Origin: Chloroflexota bacterium
GTDB lineage: Bacteria; Chloroflexota; Dehalococcoidia; Lucifugimonadales; Australimonadaceae
Assembly: GCA_027618515.1 (NCBI GenBank)
Contig: JAQCEV010000002.1
Location: 17,029 to 81,028, forward strand
DNA: 64,000 nt
Direction of reading: 5' to 3'
A program made the position numbers and the translations under genes. Positions 25,005 through 33,862 of the stretch are shown here, piece after piece. Below the pieces are notes generated by a model that was not told where the DNA came from, searched no databases, and worked only from the letters and a program-made list of their open reading frames with translations. Numbering within the stretch: the stretch's first letter is position 1; each line of letters opens with the position of its first letter.

Positions 25005-25790
25005 ATGCCGACGCTAGATCCAGCGCCTAAATGGGAGCGCTTCTACCCTGACCGCGTGGTCGGGGCACATGTGCTCGTGTTCGACGAGGTGGACTCGACC
25101 ATGGACGTTGCGCGGGAGAGCGCACGCGCAGGCGCTCCCCATGGGGCGGTCGTGCGCGCGGCAACCCAGCGCTCTGGACGTGGCCGGTTCGCGCGGCGAT
25201 GGGAGAGCGGGCCAGGTGATTCGCTGCTGACGTCTGTGGTGTTACGCATGCCTCCGGTGGACGTGGGCGCGCCGTTGTCGGTGGCAGGGTCGCTCGCGGT
25301 CCATGACGCGGTGGCGGAGCTACTCGCCGTACCCTGCGGGATCAAGTGGCCGAACGACGTGCAGGTGGGCGGCAAGAAGATCGCGGGCGTGCTCGTTGAG
25401 TCGCAGATCACCACCGACGGTACCGGGTTCGCCATTCTGGGCATCGGGCTCAACGTCAATCTGACCCCAGACGCATTTGCGGGGATCGGCGAGACGGCAA
25501 CAAGCTTGGCGATCGAGAGCGGGGGGCCGATGGATCTGGATCACGTTGAAGAGACGTTGCTCAGGCACCTCGACAAGGCGCTAGCGGATCTTGTTGTGGG
25601 AACCGCGTTGATCGTCGAACGGTGGCGCACACACCTCTCAACGTTGGGGACGCAGATCGCCGTACACATGAGAGACGGCGTCGTCGAGGGGGAGGCGGTG
25701 GACGTTGATGAGCAGGGAGCGTTGCTACTTCGCGATTCCCGAGGTACTGTCCATCGGCTGCTTGAAGGAGACGTCACTCTTCGGGCCTAG
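25005..25790 (+). CDS. birA: Biotin--[acetyl-CoA-carboxylase] ligase (BirA, group I without HTH)
   Basis: It has the GRGRFARRWESGPG motif (GRGR.GR.W.S..G) and the KWPNDV..GGKKIAGVLVE motif. Confidence 0.8.
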   Translation: MPTLDPAPKWERFYPDRVVGAHVLVFDEVDSTMDVARESARAGAPHGAVVRAATQRSGRGRFARRWESGPGDSLLTSVVLRMPPVDVGAPLSVAGSLAVHDAVAELLAVPCGIKWPNDVQVGGKKIAGVLVESQITTDGTGFAILGIGLNVNLTPDAFAGIGETATSLAIESGGPMDLDHVEETLLRHLDKALADLVVGTALIVERWRTHLSTLGTQIAVHMRDGVVEGEAVDVDEQGALLLRDSRGTVHRLLEGDVTLRA

Positions 25791-25815
25791 GCGTATCGTC
25801 TGCTAAAATCACGCT

Positions 25816-25838
25816 TGCCGCTGTTCATGAGCGGCAAT
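25816..25838 (+). terminator. Small hairpin after birA
   Basis: TTGCCGCT-GTTCATG-AGCGGCAA forms an 8-bp stem followed by TTGG. The T-tract is weak. Confidence 0.4.
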
Positions 25839-25878
25839 TGGCTAGTTCCAACGCTCAATAATTGACTGGTGTACCCCT

Positions 25879-27297
25879 GTGAAGACCGCGCGCGACTATT
25901 CGCCAGACCTATGGCGTCGGCTCGTCATCATCCACAAACGCCTCGAGAGTTTCCTCGATCGCCGTGGCTACGACGTGGCAACGACACCGATCCTCGAAAG
26001 CACCGATCTGTTCCTCCGAAAGTCGGGGGGAGAGCTCGCGTCCCAGATGTACAGCTTCACCGATCCGTCGGGGCGGCAAGTGAGTCTCCGACCGGAGCTC
26101 ACGTCATCCGTGGTGCGGCAGTTCATCGACGGCAATCTCAAGGGACCCATGCCGCAGCGTTGGCAGTACTACGGAACGGTTTTCCGGTACGAGGCTAGCG
26201 CTGAGGGCGTGGATGCTCCTGAGGACTTGGAGTTTCAGCAACTGGGCGCCGAGATTCTTGGCTCCGCCTCAGAGTTCGCTGACGCTGAAGTGCTGGCGAC
26301 CGCAGTGCAGGGCCTAACGACACTCGGGGTCACCGGGCACAAACTGCGTGTCGGCCACATGGGCGTCGTGAACGCGATGCTTGAGGCGTTGGGACTGTCT
26401 GAGCGAGCACGAGTATTCGTGGTGAACAGCCTTGATGACCTGCGCGCTGGTGAAGCTGGGGTGGAGATCGTTCGGCAGCGGGCGACCGACCTGGGATTGC
26501 TGGGCGAAGAACGAACCAAGGCGCTTTCGGAGTTGGCGCGGAGCATGGCCCCCGAAGACGCAGAAGGCATGGTCGAGGGGTTCTTGGCACCGGGCGTCAT
26601 GGGGCTTTCAGGGCAACGCACACCGGAAGAGGTATTCAGGCGTTACCTACGGAAGCTCAAGGAAGCCGGGGTGCCAGAACTCGTCGATGCAGCGATCCGC
26701 TTCTCCGCCGAACTGGTGGCGCTTAGTGGTCCGGCCGATGAAGTCCGCAAGAAGCTGGGCGACCTAATCAAACGTTTCGACCTGGAAGCCGCCGTGCTCG
26801 CGCCCATCGACAAACTGCTGAAGGCGTTGGGCCAGTACGACCTCAAAGGCGTGCCGGTGATCCTTGATCTAGGCATGGCCCGCGGGATCGCTTACTACAC
26901 GGGTGTCGTCTTCGATATCGACCACGCCAAGGTCAAGGGACGGCCCAGTCTTGGCGGCGGTGGGCGGTACGACGGTCTCGTGCGAGCGCTGGGCGCCAAG
27001 AAGGACGTACCCGCGCTCGGATTCGCCTATGCGGTGGATCGGATAGCGGAGGTTCTGCCGTCGGACTACGGCAGCGACCAGGACACGGGGGCCGTTCGCG
27101 TACTGGTGACGGCACAAGAATCTCAACGCAGCCAGGCGGTTGCGACCGCAGAACGACTGCGGGCGCAGGGCATCCCTGCTGAATTAGACCTGAGTGACCG
27201 CGGCGACGCCGAGGTGGCGAAGTACGCGGAGCAACGCGGTATCCAGACAGTGATGAGAGTGGGGGCAGATGGCGGAGTCTCTGAGACAGCAATCTAA
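25879..27297 (+). CDS. hisZ: HisRS-like protein, probable ATP phosphoribosyltransferase regulatory subunit (HisZ-like) with a retained anticodon-binding-like C-terminal domain
   Basis: It has the class II aaRS fold pattern (LRPELTSSVVRQF, GGGGRYDGLV). The motif 2 region reads FRYEASAEGVDAPEDLEFQQLGAEILG, lacking the PQ.GR.REF of catalytic HisRS. It lies directly upstream of hisG and starts at a GTG. Confidence 0.65.
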   Translation: MKTARDYSPDLWRRLVIIHKRLESFLDRRGYDVATTPILESTDLFLRKSGGELASQMYSFTDPSGRQVSLRPELTSSVVRQFIDGNLKGPMPQRWQYYGTVFRYEASAEGVDAPEDLEFQQLGAEILGSASEFADAEVLATAVQGLTTLGVTGHKLRVGHMGVVNAMLEALGLSERARVFVVNSLDDLRAGEAGVEIVRQRATDLGLLGEERTKALSELARSMAPEDAEGMVEGFLAPGVMGLSGQRTPEEVFRRYLRKLKEAGVPELVDAAIRFSAELVALSGPADEVRKKLGDLIKRFDLEAAVLAPIDKLLKALGQYDLKGVPVILDLGMARGIAYYTGVVFDIDHAKVKGRPSLGGGGRYDGLVRALGAKKDVPALGFAYAVDRIAEVLPSDYGSDQDTGAVRVLVTAQESQRSQAVATAERLRAQGIPAELDLSDRGDAEVAKYAEQRGIQTVMRVGADGGVSETAI

Positions 27298-28312
27298 CGG
27301 GGACCGCCTGAATGGCGGTCTACGCCTGGCGATCCCCAGTGACGGGGAGATGTTCGAGCCGACCCAACGCTTCTTGCAGCGTTGCGGCATGGGTATCAAT
27401 CGGCCTAGCCCGCGCCGCTACACGGCGTCGGTTCCGTCCGTACAAGGACTGGAGGTCATCTTCCAGCGCACGGCGGACATCACCTCGAAAGTCGAGGACG
27501 GCAACGCCGACCTGGGCATGGTGGGCCGCGACCGATTCCAAGAGAGCCGGATAGAGGGCGGCGACACGATTCTCATCATTCCCGAACTTGGGTTCGGCGG
27601 ATGTGAGTTGGTGGTGGCGACCCCGGACGCTTGGATGGACGTCGATTCCATGGCTGACCTGGCCGACCTAGCGGTCGAATTCAGGGAGAGCGGTCGCGAG
27701 TTACGCGTGGCAACCAAGTACCCGCGGCTAGTCAGTCGTTTCTTTTTCAGTCACGGCGTCAACTACTTCTCCATCGCTCCGGTTACGGGCACCCTTGAGG
27801 CGTCTGTGGCTATGGGCTACGCAGATCTGATCGTCGATATCACAGCCTCAGGCGTGACGCTTCGCGAGAACAGGCTCAAGCGCTTGGAGGATGGCACGGT
27901 GTTGGCCTCCGAAGGCGCGCTGATCGGCAACAAGAAATTGTTGCGGGAGAACCCCGAGCGGCTGGAAGGTGCTCGAGAACTCATCGAACGCATCGAGGCG
28001 CACCAGAATGCTGGTGGCTTCCAGCGCATCTCGGCCAACATCGAAGGTGATTCGGAAGAATCGGTCGCCGCAAAGGTGCTGGAGCGCCCGGAGTGCGCTG
28101 GCCTTCAGGGGCCGACGATCGCCCGAGTATTCACGCCTGACGGCCGCAAGTGGTACTCCGTCACCGTGTTCGTCGACAAGGTGTCCCTCACCAGTATCGT
28201 GGACTTCTTCCGCGCGATTGGTGGAACATCGGTCACCGTGTCCGAAGCGAGCTATGTGTTTGGCCAGGAGAGCACCAGCTACGCGAGGCTGTTGGCCGAG
28301 CTCGGGCTCTAG
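27269..28312 (+). CDS. hisG: ATP phosphoribosyltransferase (long form with C-terminal regulatory domain)
   Basis: It has LRLAIPSDGEM.E....FL..CG, TADITSKVEDGNADLGMVGRD and ADLIVDITASGVTLRENRLK, plus a C-terminal HisG_C-like segment. The start is uncertain because the ATG at 27269 overlaps the hisZ-like end by 29 nt. Confidence 0.8.
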   Translation: MAESLRQQSNGDRLNGGLRLAIPSDGEMFEPTQRFLQRCGMGINRPSPRRYTASVPSVQGLEVIFQRTADITSKVEDGNADLGMVGRDRFQESRIEGGDTILIIPELGFGGCELVVATPDAWMDVDSMADLADLAVEFRESGRELRVATKYPRLVSRFFFSHGVNYFSIAPVTGTLEASVAMGYADLIVDITASGVTLRENRLKRLEDGTVLASEGALIGNKKLLRENPERLEGARELIERIEAHQNAGGFQRISANIEGDSEESVAAKVLERPECAGLQGPTIARVFTPDGRKWYSVTVFVDKVSLTSIVDFFRAIGGTSVTVSEASYVFGQESTSYARLLAELGL

Positions 28313-28314
28313 CC

Positions 28315-29670
28315 ATGCGTATCGTCGAAGGACTCCAAGCGGGGCTGGCGTTGCTAGCTCGTACGCCTGGATACGACGAACCAGAGCTTTCCCCCACCGC
28401 AACGAAGCGCACCGCTGACCTGTTCGGAGAGCCGCTGACGGCCACCCAGGCCGTGCGGCGGATACTTGATGACGTTCGCCTTCGTGGTGATGATGGTGTC
28501 CGAGAGTACGCACGCCGGATCGACCGCGTTGAGTTGGAGGAGCTAGAGATACCCAGGGATCGCTGGCGTGAAGCGCTGGCGTCGATCCCAGTCGAGCTCG
28601 CAGATGCACTACGGGTCGCTGCTGACCGCGTTCGCGACTACCACGAGAAATGCATGCCGCTGGAATGGCGCGACGACGAAGCTGGCTACGGTCAGCGGCT
28701 CGTGCCGATCGAGCGAGTGGGCCTCTATGTGCCAGGTGGCATCGCCGAATATCCGTCGACGGTCCTGATGTCGGCCATCCCCGCGAAAGTCGCTGGTGTG
28801 CCGGAAGTCATCCTCTGCACACCCTCACCAAGCCCCGCCACTTTGGCCGCTGCCGAGATCGCAGACGTAGATCGCCTATTTGAGATCGGCGGAGCACAGG
28901 CGATAGGCGCGATGGCGTTTGGGACAAGCACTGTGCCGAAGGTCGACAAGATCTGTGGCCCTGGCAACATCTTCGTGTCCATCGCGAAACGCGAGGTGTA
29001 CGGGCACGTGGACATCGATGGGCTCTACGGCCCGACCGAGACCGTGGTCATCGCTGATGACACGGCGGATGCTTCCCTAGCGGCGGCGGATCTGCTGGCA
29101 CAAGCGGAACACGATGAGATGGCGTCACCCGTGCTCATAACCACGAGCATGGATATGGCGCAACGAGTGAGCGCAGAGGTAGATCGACAACTTGCGCTCC
29201 TCGATCGCAAGGCCGTGGCTTCTGCCGCGATAGAGGGGCAGGGGATGGCCGTGGTCGTCTCGACCGTCGAGGAAGCGATCGAACTCTCGGACGCGTTCGC
29301 GCCAGAACACCTGTGCCTGCTAGTGGAGCGCGCAGATTCCTATGTTGAGCTTGTTCACAACGCCGGCGGGATATTCGTCGGTGAGTATTCACCGGAGGTC
29401 ATGGGAGACTATGTCGCCGGCCCAAGCCACGCAATGCCGACAGCAGGGACGTCGCGGTACGCCTCCAGCCTGGGCGTGCATCATTTCCTGAAGCACGTGC
29501 CGGTGATTCGGCTCAGTACTGCGTCTATGGGCAGCCTTGGGCCTGCGGCGGCGGCTATCGCACGCGCCGAAGGCCTCACGGGGCATGCCAGGGCAGTCGA
29601 GATGCGTCTCGAAGGCGCCGGTACCGCAGTCGATAAGGATTTCTTCGCGGAGACCCCCGATGGCCAGTAG
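28315..29670 (+). CDS. hisD: Histidinol dehydrogenase
   Basis: ORF trimmed to the ATG at 28315, 2 nt after the hisG stop. It carries YVPGG.A.YPSTVLM..IPAKVAGV, GGAQAI.AMA.GT...PKVDKI.GPGN.FV and QAEHD motifs. Confidence 0.9.
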   Translation: MRIVEGLQAGLALLARTPGYDEPELSPTATKRTADLFGEPLTATQAVRRILDDVRLRGDDGVREYARRIDRVELEELEIPRDRWREALASIPVELADALRVAADRVRDYHEKCMPLEWRDDEAGYGQRLVPIERVGLYVPGGIAEYPSTVLMSAIPAKVAGVPEVILCTPSPSPATLAAAEIADVDRLFEIGGAQAIGAMAFGTSTVPKVDKICGPGNIFVSIAKREVYGHVDIDGLYGPTETVVIADDTADASLAAADLLAQAEHDEMASPVLITTSMDMAQRVSAEVDRQLALLDRKAVASAAIEGQGMAVVVSTVEEAIELSDAFAPEHLCLLVERADSYVELVHNAGGIFVGEYSPEVMGDYVAGPSHAMPTAGTSRYASSLGVHHFLKHVPVIRLSTASMGSLGPAAAAIARAEGLTGHARAVEMRLEGAGTAVDKDFFAETPDGQ

Positions 29671-30772
29671 CAACGCGGGCAGGAAAGGGCCGCTCGATTT
29701 CGTGCGGCCTCACCTGCTGACGCTCGCGCCATACGAAGCGGTCGATCCACCTGACGTACTTGCCAAGAAGGCAGGGATGCCTGAATCACAGACCGCCAAG
29801 CTGAACGGGAACGAGAATCCCTACGGCCCTTCGCCACGTGTAGCAGAGATGATGGCAGCGGTGAACCGCATGCACATCTACCCTGATCCAGCGCAGGTGG
29901 CCATGCGAACCGCGCTAGGCGAATTCCTGGGCGTCCCCAAGGATCAGATCGTCGTGGGTAACGGTAGCGACGAAATCATCGATCTGGTGTTCCGGTGCGT
30001 CCTGGATCAGGGCGATGCGGTCATCAACTGCGAACCGACTTTTGGCATGTACGAGTTCACCGCTCACGTGTGTGGTGGACGAACCATCACCATTGAGCGA
30101 GACGAGCACTTCGCAGTTGATGTTGACGCCGTGCTTGCGGCGGTTGATGAGCGCACCAAGATCGTCGCTATCGCTTCGCCCAACAACCCGTCGGGTAATT
30201 GCACGCCTCTTGAAGATATCGAACGACTGCTGGCAGCGGACATCCTCGTGTTGATGGACGAGGCATACATTGAATTCGGTGGCACCAGCGTAGCAACTTG
30301 GGTTGCGCGACATCCCAATCTGATAGTTTTGCGTACGTTTAGCAAATGGGGTGGGCTTGCTGGCCTACGTATTGGGTACGGCATCATGGCTGCAGAGCTC
30401 GCCGATCTGCTCCTTCGTGCGAAGCCTCCTTACAACGTGAATCAGGCTTCAGAGGCCGCGATGCTCGCTACCCTCTCTGATATTGACACGCTGAATCAAC
30501 GGGCTGATTTGATCGTGCTTGAACGCGAGAAAATGCTCGCCGCATTGGCCGAGATGCCAGGCGTGGATCCGTTGCCATCGGAGGCGAACTTCCTGCTCTG
30601 TCGCATGCCTGAGGGACGCGGCAAAGCGGTATACGAAAGCCTCGCTCGGCAAGGAGTGTTCGTGAGATACTACTCGCGAGCCTCGCTGGCCGATTACCTG
30701 CGGATCAGCATCGGGACCCCCGAGCAGACGACGCAGGTGATTGAGGCCATGATTCAAGCCCTCGCAGAGTAA
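29660..30772 (+). CDS. hisC: Histidinol-phosphate aminotransferase
   Basis: ORF trimmed to the ATG at 29660, which overlaps the hisD stop. It carries KLNGNENPYGPSP, SPNNPSGN, DEAYIEF and RTFSKWGGLAGLRIGY (PLP-lysine motif). Confidence 0.85.
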   Translation: MASSNAGRKGPLDFVRPHLLTLAPYEAVDPPDVLAKKAGMPESQTAKLNGNENPYGPSPRVAEMMAAVNRMHIYPDPAQVAMRTALGEFLGVPKDQIVVGNGSDEIIDLVFRCVLDQGDAVINCEPTFGMYEFTAHVCGGRTITIERDEHFAVDVDAVLAAVDERTKIVAIASPNNPSGNCTPLEDIERLLAADILVLMDEAYIEFGGTSVATWVARHPNLIVLRTFSKWGGLAGLRIGYGIMAAELADLLLRAKPPYNVNQASEAAMLATLSDIDTLNQRADLIVLEREKMLAALAEMPGVDPLPSEANFLLCRMPEGRGKAVYESLARQGVFVRYYSRASLADYLRISIGTPEQTTQVIEAMIQALAE

Positions 30773-30779
30773 CCCCGCC

Positions 30780-31382
30780 ATGGCAAACCGCACCGGAACC
30801 TACGCACGTACCACGGGCGAAACTGACGTTCGCGTCACTATCCGCCTGGATGGCACCGGCGTCGCGAAGATTGCGACCGGGAATGGCATGCTCGACCACA
30901 TGCTCTCTCAACTCGCACGACATGGCCTGCTAGACCTAGAGGTCAAGGCCGATGGCGATTCGGCGTTGACGGGCTGGCACCACACCGTCGAAGACACAGG
31001 CATCGCGCTAGGACGAGCGTTCGCCGACGCGGTCGGCGACGGCAAGGGCATCCGACGCATGGGACACGCCATCGTACCGCTGGACGAGGCGCTATCGAGG
31101 GTCGTGCTCGACATCAGCGGCCGACCATACGCGACGGTCGATTTGGGTGTAAGCGGCGAGGACATCGATGGCTTGCCTGGCGATCTGGTGCGTCACTTCT
31201 TGGAGTCGTTCGCGACCGAAGCGCGTATCTCGCTGCACGCGACGGTGCTTGCAGGGGTGAATCCGCACCACAAGATCGAGGCCACGTTCAAAGCGCTCGC
31301 ACGAGCCCTACGCGACGCGGTCGAGATCGACGACCGCGCCAACGGCCAGGTGCCGTCGACCAAAGGCACGATCAGCAGCTAA
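30780..31382 (+). CDS. hisB: Imidazoleglycerol-phosphate dehydratase
   Basis: It carries RTTGETDVRVTI.LDG, TG.GMLDHML.QLARHG..DL.V.A.GD and HHTVEDTGIALG motifs. Confidence 0.9.
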   Translation: MANRTGTYARTTGETDVRVTIRLDGTGVAKIATGNGMLDHMLSQLARHGLLDLEVKADGDSALTGWHHTVEDTGIALGRAFADAVGDGKGIRRMGHAIVPLDEALSRVVLDISGRPYATVDLGVSGEDIDGLPGDLVRHFLESFATEARISLHATVLAGVNPHHKIEATFKALARALRDAVEIDDRANGQVPSTKGTISS

Positions 31383-31400
31383 TGCGCGGCTGGGGTCAGC

Positions 31401-31652
31401 TTACGTCTGGCTAATCACTGTTTCGTAAGACTCGATGACTGTGTTTGCGAGCAAGCGTTCGCACATGGAGTCGACTTGCGCCTTCGCTGTGGGCTCGTCC
31501 GCAGCGTCCAGGGCGAGCGTGAGGTACTTACCGACCCGCACTGCCTCCACCGACTCGAAACCTAGCGTGTGTAGGCTTCCAAGCACGGCATTACCTTGTG
31601 GGTCGTTCACCGTGGGTTTCAGTGTGACGTGAACCTGTGCGCTGAATCGCAT
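31401..31652 (-). CDS. purS: Phosphoribosylformylglycinamidine synthase subunit PurS
   Basis: ORF trimmed to the ATG at 31652, 1 nt after the upstream stop. The 83-aa product V.V.LKP.V.DPQG.AV...L..LGF..V..VRVGKY..L is the typical PurS pattern. Confidence 0.85.
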   Translation of the reverse strand: MRFSAQVHVTLKPTVNDPQGNAVLGSLHTLGFESVEAVRVGKYLTLALDAADEPTAKAQVDSMCERLLANTVIESYETVISQT

Positions 31653-31653
31653 C

Positions 31654-32904
31654 CTAATTCCCCGAATGGTCGAGTGTGCCTGCTTCGGGCAGGGTGGTGT
31701 CCGCACCACAAGTCTGGCCCTCGAAGGACACTCCGTTGTTCCGATGGTCATCCACGAACCGCTGCATGCCTGGGCGATCGACACCTGGATAGGTTTCCGT
31801 CCATCCCCAAGACGTGAGAGTGACGGAGCCTTCTGCCACGCTGGCGTAGGGCTGGGCGATGAAGCAGCCGGGGTAGCCGAGCTGGGCTTCTAGGTAGCTA
31901 GTGAGGTCGGCAAGCTGAGCTTCGTCGGTCAGACTGTGGTTCACAACGATGGCGCCCTGCTCAAGGTTACGGACGACTGCCTCGTTGGCTTGCTGCTCCG
32001 TGTAGATACCCCAGTCGACTCCTGCGGCATAGCTAGGACCGGACGTGGGAGGATCGCTGGGGTAGGCGGTGTAGCTGGTGCCATCTTCTAGCACGCTGCT
32101 AGGTTGAACTGCAACTGCTGTACCTACTCTGGGTGTGTCGCCCGTAGCATCGGCACCATTTTGGCTATGCGTCATCAGGCCAGCGAAGGATGGCAGAGCG
32201 ATACCCAGGATCAACGTCGCGGCTACGAGGCCACCGAGGATTCCATAGATCGTACGCTTACGTGCCCTACGTGCGGTGGATCGGCGTCGACGCTGCTCCC
32301 GCTGGATCGTCCGGCGTGATGGGGCAGGCTCACGGATACGTGGCACCCTGGGCGCCTTCGGCGGGGTTTCCGTCTGGCCATCGCGATCGAAATCCGGCTC
32401 GTCGTCATCTTCCGCTTCGACGACGGCTGCCGCCACCACGGGGTTTTCGTCCGCCTGTTCAGTCGCAGCGGCCTCAGTAGCGATCGCCTCAGGTGCGTCC
32501 GCGACTGGCTTGTCGGGTTCGGGAGCGCTGGCCTCCGGCGCGGGCTCATCTTCAGTAGCGATCGCCTCAGGCGCATCCGCTACTGGTTCATCGGGTTCTG
32601 GAGCGTTGGCCTCTGGTGCGGCCGTCTCTTCAGTGGCGGTAGCCCCAGGCGCATTCGCGACCGGCTCATCGGGTTCTGGAGCGTCGGCCTCTAGTGCGGC
32701 CGTCTCTTCAATAGCGGTCGCGTCGGGAGCATCTGCGACTGGCTCGTCGGCTTCTGGAGCGCTGGCCTCTGGTGCGTCCGTCTCTTCGGCAGCAGTAGCC
32801 TCAGGTGCGTCCACTGCCGGCTGATCGGCCTCAGGAACGCTCGCTTCAGGAGCAAATTCCTCTTCGGTAGCTTGCTGCTCTTCTTCCGGATTCTTTTCAG
32901 TCAC
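31654..32904 (-). CDS. Membrane-anchored DUF3105-like protein with a long acidic Ala/Pro/Glu-rich tandem-repeat N-terminus
   Basis: 416 aa. The N-terminal ~150 aa form five 26-aa repeats (PE(A/P)DEPVADAPEA.A.E...APEA.A). These are followed by a basic stretch (RRRRSTARRARKR), one TM helix (IYGILGGLVAATLILGIAL) and a C-terminal domain with ...PPTSGPSY...WGIYTEQ....AVVRNLEQGAIVVNH, reminiscent of DUF3105. Confidence 0.6.
   Translation of the reverse strand: MTEKNPEEEQQATEEEFAPEASVPEADQPAVDAPEATAAEETDAPEASAPEADEPVADAPDATAIEETAALEADAPEPDEPVANAPGATATEETAAPEANAPEPDEPVADAPEAIATEDEPAPEASAPEPDKPVADAPEAIATEAAATEQADENPVVAAAVVEAEDDDEPDFDRDGQTETPPKAPRVPRIREPAPSRRTIQREQRRRRSTARRARKRTIYGILGGLVAATLILGIALPSFAGLMTHSQNGADATGDTPRVGTAVAVQPSSVLEDGTSYTAYPSDPPTSGPSYAAGVDWGIYTEQQANEAVVRNLEQGAIVVNHSLTDEAQLADLTSYLEAQLGYPGCFIAQPYASVAEGSVTLTSWGWTETYPGVDRPGMQRFVDDHRNNGVSFEGQTCGADTTLPEAGTLDHSGN
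32449..32838. repeat. Five tandem 78-bp (26-codon) imperfect repeats inside the 31654-32904 CDS
   Basis: The motif TCA(G/A)T(A/G)GCG... recurs at 32474, 32552, 32630, 32708 and 32786, exactly 78 nt apart each time. Confidence 0.85.
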
Positions 32905-32938
32905 GCGACCACTCCGAGGCCAAATGGCACATTGATTA

Positions 32939-33862
32939 CTACGGTAGCGCCTGGCCCGTTAGTCTTCTATACGCTTCGAGGTACCGTTCCCGCGTCTTCT
33001 CGATGATGTCGTCGGGAAGAGCAGGCGCGGGAGGGGTGCGATCCCATGGCTGCGTCAGCAGCCAGTCACGCACGAACTGCTTGTCATAGTTGGGTTGCGA
33101 CTTGCCCGGCGCGTACTGGGTACCTTCCCAGAAACGACTCGAATCAGGTGTTAGCACCTCATCGATGAGGATCACCTCACGGTCGCGGATACCGAACTCG
33201 AATTTGGTGTCGGCGATGATGATCCCGCGTTCGGCGGCAACATCATGGGCGTACTGGAAGATGGCGAACGAGAGATCGCGAAGCTTCACAGCGAGGTCTG
33301 CGCCGACCATCGCCGAGACCTCGTCGATGGTCATCGGCTCGTCGTGGCCGACCTCTGCCTTCGTGGTAGGTGTGAACAGCAGTTCAGGGAGCTTGCTGCC
33401 GTCTACCAGGCCTGGAGGAACGGGGATACCGAAGATGGTCCCTGTCTGGTTGTAGTCCACGAGTGCGGAGCCTGTCAGGTATGCGCGGACGACGCACTCA
33501 ACGTCGATGCGCTCGGCTCGCTTGATTACCGTGGCCTGCCGTGCGATTTCAGGCGGGAGTGTCTTGATGATCGGGTGGTTCACCAGATCACCGAGGCCTT
33601 CGGGATCGTCCGCTAGCGCGATGAAATGGTTCGGAACGATCTGCCCGGTCTGGTCGAACCAGAACTTGGACATCTGGGACAGCACACGTCCCTTGTCCGG
33701 TACGCCGTTGGGGAGCACGACGTCGAAGGCTGAGATGCGATCCGTGGCGACCATGAGCAGCATCCCGTCACCCATGTCGTAGGTGTCGCGAACTTTGCCC
33801 TGGTAGAGCTTATTGGGGAGGTTAGTCTCAAGCAGTGGCACCGGCGTACTCCTTGGATGCAA
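32939..33862 (-). CDS. purC: Phosphoribosylaminoimidazole-succinocarboxamide (SAICAR) synthase
   Basis: It carries LYQGKVRDTYD......LMVATDRISAFD and ADTKFEFG motifs. The ATG at 33862 overlaps the purB end by 35 nt, so the start may be slightly downstream. Confidence 0.9.
   Translation of the reverse strand: MHPRSTPVPLLETNLPNKLYQGKVRDTYDMGDGMLLMVATDRISAFDVVLPNGVPDKGRVLSQMSKFWFDQTGQIVPNHFIALADDPEGLGDLVNHPIIKTLPPEIARQATVIKRAERIDVECVVRAYLTGSALVDYNQTGTIFGIPVPPGLVDGSKLPELLFTPTTKAEVGHDEPMTIDEVSAMVGADLAVKLRDLSFAIFQYAHDVAAERGIIIADTKFEFGIRDREVILIDEVLTPDSSRFWEGTQYAPGKSQPNYDKQFVRDWLLTQPWDRTPPAPALPDDIIEKTRERYLEAYRRLTGQALP

Noticed and set aside
25791-25878. The leader upstream of the HisRS-like gene considered as a T-box riboswitch
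   Set aside because: Only 88 nt are available, far shorter than a T-box leader, and no T-box sequence (AGAGA...GGUGGUACCGCG-like) is visible.
27848-28609. A 253-aa minus-strand ORF spanning the hisG/hisD junction
   Set aside because: It lies antisense to two strongly supported his genes and shows no motifs.
32449-32838. Regular 78-bp repeats considered as a possible CRISPR array
   Set aside because: There are no unique spacers between the units. The repeats are contiguous, in frame, and encode a coherent acidic peptide repeat inside a long ORF.
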